Below are positions 59,244 to 64,000 of a stretch of 64,000 nucleotides of DNA, piece by piece. The notes under the pieces were generated by a model. That model saw only the letters and a program-made list of their open reading frames with translations. It had not been told where the DNA came from and ran no database searches. Origin of the DNA: an uncultured delta proteobacterium (GTDB taxonomy: Bacteria > Desulfobacterota > Binatia > Binatales > Binataceae). The DNA lies in NCBI GenBank assembly GCA_963842215.1, contig CAWJFQ010000005.1:102344-166343 (forward strand), given 5' to 3'. Every line of letters begins with the position of its first letter. Positions within the stretch are counted from its first letter, which is position 1. Made by a program: the position numbers and the translations under genes.

Positions 59244-59906
59244 ATGAAAGCGGCAGAGGCCAAAAAGAGATTGGTGGATGAGAGCGTCCGCCTGATCGGC
59301 GAGCGGGGATTGGGCGGGCTGAGCTTTCGCGAAATGTCGCGGCGGGCGGGAGTAAGTCATCAGACTCCGTATCACCATTTCACCAATCGCGAAGGTATCC
59401 TGGCGGCTATCGCGCATGAGGGTTTCGTACGGCTGAACGAGCGGCTGATCGAGGTCCAGACCAGGCATCGCCGCAAGCGTCCGCCGGAGATTCTGCGGAA
59501 TATGCTTCGCGCCTATATGAACTTTGCGATCGAGAACCCGGTCTACTATGGCGTGATGTTCCGGCCGGAGCAGGTCGATTTCGCGCGCTACCCAGACGCG
59601 CGCGGAGAGGCGCTGCGGTCGTTTCAACGGCTGGTCGATACGGTGGCGGCATGCCATCCGCGGGCGCCGAAGAACGACAAACGAGTCAGAGAAATCGCGA
59701 ATGCGCTGTGGGCCGCGGCACACGGCGTCGCGACGGTATGGCTCGATGGACCGCTCGGCGTAACTCTGCCCGGAGTGTCGATCGCGTCGTTCATTGACAT
59801 GACTTCGGAGATGTTCAGCCGGGCCGGCGCCAAGCCGATACGAACCGCTCAGAAGAGAAGCGACAAATTGTCCGCCGCCAAAACCACGTCATCGAGGACG
59901 ACGTAG
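59244..59906 (+). CDS. TetR/AcrR family transcriptional regulator
   Basis: HTH LSFREMSRRAGVSHQTPYHHFTNREGIL. ATG at 59244. Confidence 0.88.
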   Translation: MKAAEAKKRLVDESVRLIGERGLGGLSFREMSRRAGVSHQTPYHHFTNREGILAAIAHEGFVRLNERLIEVQTRHRRKRPPEILRNMLRAYMNFAIENPVYYGVMFRPEQVDFARYPDARGEALRSFQRLVDTVAACHPRAPKNDKRVREIANALWAAAHGVATVWLDGPLGVTLPGVSIASFIDMTSEMFSRAGAKPIRTAQKRSDKLSAAKTTSSRTT

Positions 59907-60386
59907 CGTTCCTGCAAGCGGAAGTCGTCGCGGTTGGGCACCAGCAGATCGCGGCGCTCGGCGGTAAACAGCACGCGGCCTTCGCCGCGGACCTTATGCA
60001 GGAACATCGTGCTAACAACGGAGAGGCGCCCGACGGTGTCGACGCCGAGGATCGTCACATTGCTGACGAGCCGGCGCGAAATGGACGGCGGCGTCTCGGC
60101 CCATGCCATCCCGGTCTGGAGGCGCGCGATTCGCTCGCGCAGCGCGGGCAGGTCGTCGTCGACCAACGGCAGCGTGTCGGGTACTTCGAGCTCGCGCTCG
60201 ACCGACCAGGTCGAGAAATCTTTGACGTGGCCCTGCCGCACATAGCCGCGACTGGGGATGCGGTAATGGATGTCATCGTCGAGAAGCTCGAGCCACAGAT
60301 CATAGCGACGGGAATCAAGCAGACGGGCCTCGCGATAGAGCCACTGCTCGACGCGCGATCAACAAGTTGAAGTCGTCGGCGTTCAT
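59849..60386 (-). pseudogene. Ring-hydroxylating dioxygenase beta subunit, N-terminus out of frame
   Basis: ATG 60386 overlaps the alpha-subunit stop (ATGA) and reads MNADDFNLLIAR, then hits a stop. The frame of ORF 59849..60241 reads upstream as VEQWLYREARLLDSRRYDLWLELLDDDIHYRIP...RQGHVKDF. The shift falls in the GCGCG tract at 60351-60356. Confidence 0.75.
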
Positions 60387-61672
60387 GCTCGCGCTCCTGT
60401 GCAGCCCTCTCCGAACATCTCGCGCATCCAGCGCAGATAGAAGCCGCGCTGATTGATCTCGCTCGCCGTCATGCCGAGCTCGCCGGGCAGGCGGTCGGAG
60501 CGCTCTTCGTGGCCGACGCCCATCTGGATATTAAGACGTTGCTTGCGTGCCTCGGCGCCATTGCTGGAACTCGTAACCGCTGTCCAGTTGCCAGCGTCGT
60601 CTTGCTCGAAGCTTCCACCGGGTCCGAAGGTGCGAGCCGACCGTGCCGAGAACCAGGCCTTCACATCGGGCGGCGCGTCGCGATCGACCAGGCAGTACGA
60701 CCACATCTCAACTTCGCCGACGCCGCGCGGCTGGATGATACGCAGTGTGTTGAAAATCGGCACCATCCCGAAGTTCGGCCATACCGCGCCGTGGATAAGG
60801 CCGATGCGTGCGCGCTGCGAGCCGAGCCGCTCGACGATCTCGTCGTTGATGCCGAGCAGGTAGCTGCGGACGTGCGGCGGCGCCTCGCCAAGGGCATTGT
60901 GCGCCAGGCATTCATCAGGCGACATTTCGTCGGGCAGGATGTTGGCGCCCAGGCCGTGGCCAAGCGCGGGACGAATCTCGCGAGCGTAGGGAACCGGCGT
61001 CGCGCGATTGGCGCCGAGGTCGGGTGGAAATACTGAGCCGTGCGCGAAACCGATGTGGTACTCGTCGCCGCAATGATTCTCGGCGACTACTTTCCAGTTG
61101 CTCGCGATGCGCCAGCGCTGCGGCCCGAGCAGTTCGGTGCCGCCCGCGCGACGGTCGAGAATGACGTCGAGATACCACGCCATGTCGCCGAGGAAAGCCT
61201 CGAGCGAAGGCGCGTCGGGATCGAAGTTGCCGAAGATGAGGCCCTTGTAGATGTCGACGCGCGCAACCGGCGCGAGTCCCCATTTCTGCTTGTCGATTTC
61301 GTTGTAGTAAATCGACGCTTCTCCGGGCACCGCCGCGAGACTGCCGTCACTGTCGTAGGTCCAGCCATGGTAGCGGCACTGAAAGCGGTGGGCGGTTCCG
61401 CGATCTTCCTGGCAGACCTGGTAGCCGCGATGGCGGCAGGTATTGAGATGGGCGCGGAGGCGGCCGCCGCGGTCGCGCGTGACCAGCACGGACTCTTCGC
61501 CCATGAAGGTGCGAAGAAAGGAGCCGGGGCGGGGAAGCTGCGATTCGTGGCCGAGCAGCAGCCACGAGCGTCCGAAGACGCGCTGTTTTTCGAGCTGGTA
61601 GAGGGCGGGGTCGGAGAAAATCTCGGGCTTGATCCACGAGCCGTCAGGGGCGACGTAGTCTGAATGGTTCAT
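60383..61672 (-). CDS. Rieske non-heme iron ring-hydroxylating dioxygenase alpha subunit
   Basis: Rieske motif CRHRGYQVC...CRYHGWTY and a mononuclear iron motif DEYHIGFAH. Start at ATG 61672 behind GGAGGA. Confidence 0.9.
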   Translation of the reverse strand: MNHSDYVAPDGSWIKPEIFSDPALYQLEKQRVFGRSWLLLGHESQLPRPGSFLRTFMGEESVLVTRDRGGRLRAHLNTCRHRGYQVCQEDRGTAHRFQCRYHGWTYDSDGSLAAVPGEASIYYNEIDKQKWGLAPVARVDIYKGLIFGNFDPDAPSLEAFLGDMAWYLDVILDRRAGGTELLGPQRWRIASNWKVVAENHCGDEYHIGFAHGSVFPPDLGANRATPVPYAREIRPALGHGLGANILPDEMSPDECLAHNALGEAPPHVRSYLLGINDEIVERLGSQRARIGLIHGAVWPNFGMVPIFNTLRIIQPRGVGEVEMWSYCLVDRDAPPDVKAWFSARSARTFGPGGSFEQDDAGNWTAVTSSSNGAEARKQRLNIQMGVGHEERSDRLPGELGMTASEINQRGFYLRWMREMFGEGCTGARA

Positions 61673-61745
61673 CGGCCTATTTCCTCCGATGAACATGATA
61701 CGGCGCAAACTTGACAGTGTCAAGTGACATTGTCTAGTTGCTGGT

Positions 61746-61779
61746 CAAAACAAAAGCGGCTCCCCGTCAGGAGAGCCGC
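61746..61779 (-). terminator. Rho-independent terminator of the peroxiredoxin gene
   Basis: The minus strand reads GCGGCTC-tcctgacggg-GAGCCGC followed by TTTTGTTTTG. Confidence 0.7.
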
Positions 61780-61814
61780 GTCGTTTTCAATACGTTGTTT
61801 TCAGCGCGGTACGG

Positions 61815-62453
61815 TTACTTGCTCGGATCGGCCGTGGTGCGCAGGTATGGCTTCACGACCTTGTAGCCCTTGGGGAATTTCTGCTTGAGCACTTCGGGAT
61901 CCTGCAGCGCCGGCACGATAATTACGTCCTCGCCCTTCTTCCAGTCGGCCGGAGTCGCAACCTGGTACTTATCGGTGAGCTGCAGCGAGTCGATCGCGCG
62001 CAGCAGTTCCTGGAAGTTGCGGCCGGTGCTGGCCGGATAGGTCAGCGTCAGGCGGATTTTCTTGTTGTTATCGATCACGAAGACCGAGCGCACCGTCAGC
62101 GTGTCGTTCCACTCGGGATGAATCATGTCGTAGAGCTTGGCGACTTTCTTGTCGTTGTCGCCGAGGATGGGAAAGTTGAGCTTGGTGTTCTGGGTCTCCT
62201 CGATATCGTCGACCCACTTCTTGTGCGACGGCACGTCGTCGACGCTCACGCCAATCGCCTTGATGTTACGCTTGTCAAACTCGCTTTTGAGCTTGGCGAC
62301 GGTGCCGAGCTCGGTGGTGCAGACCGGGGTGAAGTCCTTGGGATGCGAAAACAGGATCGCCCACTTGTCGCCAATCCACTCGTGAAAATGGATCGGCCCT
62401 TCGGTCGACTCCTGAGTAAAATCCGGTGCAACGCTTCCGATGTGAAGTGCCAT
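61815..62453 (-). CDS. 1-Cys peroxiredoxin (Prx6 type)
   Basis: AILFSHPKDFTPVCTTELG with a single peroxidatic Cys, and a 212-aa length with the Prx6-type C-terminal domain. Confidence 0.9.
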   Translation of the reverse strand: MALHIGSVAPDFTQESTEGPIHFHEWIGDKWAILFSHPKDFTPVCTTELGTVAKLKSEFDKRNIKAIGVSVDDVPSHKKWVDDIEETQNTKLNFPILGDNDKKVAKLYDMIHPEWNDTLTVRSVFVIDNNKKIRLTLTYPASTGRNFQELLRAIDSLQLTDKYQVATPADWKKGEDVIIVPALQDPEVLKQKFPKGYKVVKPYLRTTADPSK

Positions 62454-62617
62454 ATTCGTTACCTGCCTTTTGACCTTTTTTCTTCCAGGGCGTCGCCGCT
62501 AGATTGTCATCGAAACTCAACGGCGGAGCCCAGTTCGATTAAGATGATAAATAAGACTCACTAAGTTATCTACTTTGGCAAACCTACCGTCAAGCATCAC
62601 GTAGGTCAAGACGCTTG

Positions 62618-63445
62618 TCAGCCTTTCAGCTTTCGGAAATTGGGCTTGCGCTTCTCCAGAAACGCCGAGACATATTCCTTGTGTTCGGGACTGACGTAGC
62701 ACTTCTCGAGCGCGAATCCTTCGAAGGCCATCGCGGTTTCGAGGTTGCCGTCGAGTCCCTGATACAGCGCTTTGCGCGTATATGCGAGCGACGTCGGCGA
62801 GCATTGCAGCATGTCGCCGGCCAGCTCGCGCGCGGCTGCAGGCAGATCGGCCAGCGGCACGACTCGGCTCACCAGGCCCATCGCCAGGCAATCGGCGGCC
62901 GGATACTGGCGGCCGGTCAGCATCATTTCGGCGGTGCGCGCGAGTCCGATCATTCGCGGCATCAGGTAGCTGGAGCCCAGTTCGCTCATCAGGCCGACGC
63001 GCGGAAAGATGACGCCCATCTTGGCGTTGTCGGAGGCGATTCGCACGTCGAACAGCAACGGTATCGTGCAGCCAACGCCGAGGGCGTAGCCGTTGATGGC
63101 GGCAATCGTGGGCTTCGACAGATTGCGCATCACTTGCGGCAGCGAGACGACGGCACGTCCGCGGTGCTCGGTCGCGGCGGGCTTGTCTTTCTGCTCGCGG
63201 CTCTTGATGTCGGAAGCGAACATGCCCATGTCGGCGCCGGCGCAGAACGCGCGGTCACCGGCGCCGGTCATGATGACGACGCGGACGTTGTCGTCGGCGT
63301 CGGCACGCAGCATCGCGTCGGTGATCTCGGCGCCCATGGTCGTCGTGTATGCGTTCATCTTGGCGGGACGATTGAGCGTGACCGTCAGGATTTCGTCCGC
63401 CACGTCGTAGAGAATTGTTTCGTATGCCATGATCAACTCCGGCAT
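62618..63445 (-). CDS. Enoyl-CoA hydratase/isomerase (crotonase) family protein
   Basis: VVIMTGAGDRAFCAGADM and AAINGYALGVG oxyanion-hole motifs. Confidence 0.88.
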   Translation of the reverse strand: MPELIMAYETILYDVADEILTVTLNRPAKMNAYTTTMGAEITDAMLRADADDNVRVVIMTGAGDRAFCAGADMGMFASDIKSREQKDKPAATEHRGRAVVSLPQVMRNLSKPTIAAINGYALGVGCTIPLLFDVRIASDNAKMGVIFPRVGLMSELGSSYLMPRMIGLARTAEMMLTGRQYPAADCLAMGLVSRVVPLADLPAAARELAGDMLQCSPTSLAYTRKALYQGLDGNLETAMAFEGFALEKCYVSPEHKEYVSAFLEKRKPNFRKLKG

Positions 63446-63447
63446 CC

Positions 63448-63488
63448 GGTCCCCCTTCCACCAGGGGAAGGGGTTCGGGGTTGGGGTT
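63448..63488 (-). repeat. Repeat family 2 copy (hairpin CCCCTTCC 63452-63459 / GGAAGGGG 63466-63473)
   Basis: Reverse complement of AACCCCnAACCCCTTCCCCTGGTGGAAGGGG seen at 29051-29081. Confidence 0.7.
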
Positions 63489-63494
63489 TCGTTC

Positions 63495-63602
63495 TTATCT
63501 CTTTTTCCGAGCCTTTTTGCGCGACTCCCTGGTCTTCGCCTGCAGTCTCGACTTCTTCCGTTTGCGCCGCCGCTTGATTTCCTTTTGCCGTTCGCTTGCC
63601 AT
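63495..63602 (-). CDS. Candidate 35-aa ultra-basic small protein
   Basis: ATG 63602 lies 5 nt after AGAGAGG. Translation is MASERQKEIKRRRKRKKSRLQAKTRESRKKARKKR with stop TAA 63495-63497. It falls below the ORF-track length cutoff, and no homology check is possible here. Confidence 0.4.
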   Translation of the reverse strand: MASERQKEIKRRRKRKKSRLQAKTRESRKKARKKR

Positions 63603-63624
63603 CGAACCTCTCTTTGTTTCCTAT

Positions 63625-64000
63625 CTAGTCTAATGGGACCGTTCGTTCCACCTTTGCGCCGGAATCGAGATGGACTCCGGCCGAGGTCGCATAGGGCTTG
63701 CCCTTGCCGGACCGATTTTCCACATAGATGTCGTAGTCGCCCGGATCAAGCTTGAAGCGATGCTCGCTTCCGGGGTCGCTCTCGGCGACTTTGACTTGCG
63801 TGCCTGCGTGCAAGATTACCACTCGGGTCGCGTCGTTGAGCGGGATTTTCGACATCACGGGCTGCACCAGCAAGTCGGCCTTGACCACTTCGTCGAGCGT
63901 CAGCAGCGAGCGACGTCCGGGCTCGAGCGCCAGCGCATGCCAGTCGTAGCCCTGCGGCGGCGCGTCGATATGGACGTCAACCTGGCTCGGCGCGAAGAGA
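63625..64000 (-). CDS. Hypothetical protein, C-terminal part (gene continues past the right edge)
   Basis: The minus-strand frame is open from 64000 to stop 63625-63627 (..DWHALALEPGRRSLLTLDEVVKADLLVQPV...DYDIYVENRSGKGKPY..). No family recognised. Confidence 0.5.
   Translation of the reverse strand, partial: LFAPSQVDVHIDAPPQGYDWHALALEPGRRSLLTLDEVVKADLLVQPVMSKIPLNDATRVVILHAGTQVKVAESDPGSEHRFKLDPGDYDIYVENRSGKGKPYATSAGVHLDSGAKVERTVPLD

Noticed and set aside
62615-63577. 320-aa plus-strand ORF over the crotonase gene
   Set aside because: It is antisense to a gene with clear crotonase oxyanion-hole motifs.

Overview
High-GC chromosomal segment from a diderm bacterium; I cannot assign taxonomy from sequence alone. 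I call about 60 protein genes and find no rRNA, tRNA, CRISPR array, transposase or integrase. Bases 1-9.2 kb are a housekeeping supercluster, kdsB-pyrG-kdsA-lptC-lptA-rpoN-hpf-ptsN-rapZ, that lacks lptB and kdsC/kdsD. Next come a sulfite/nitrite reductase, a metK-ahcY-GST-like operon, HPr, an MFS pump, class I LysRS, hemW, murJ and hldE. Bases 25.5-29 kb hold one large zinc-ribbon/class III cyclase/STAND-ATPase/TPR gene bracketed by interspersed repeats. Bases 29-46 kb are a mixed CoA-ester/aromatic-type metabolic island (three more SDRs, making four in the window, CoA-transferase, hot-dog hydratase, GST, small catalase, SnoaL, O-methyltransferase, HpaB-family, hydrolase, VOC, gcdH with a divergent LysR, amidase). 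Then come rpoH, rpoZ and an S53 peptidase. The most unusual part is a visibly lower-GC signalling array at 51.7-57.9 kb: HK, CHASE3-PAS hybrid HK, short HK, KaiC-like double ATPase and receiver, with no kaiA or kaiB. The window ends with a Rieske dioxygenase pair, a 1-Cys peroxiredoxin and a crotonase. Other points worth a second look:
- two interspersed repeat families
- a paralogous ~105-nt intergenic element
- a 35-aa ultra-basic small ORF
- an LptA homologue with a ~300-aa Ala/Pro spacer
- six genes broken by single-base indels, most simply explained as consensus errors
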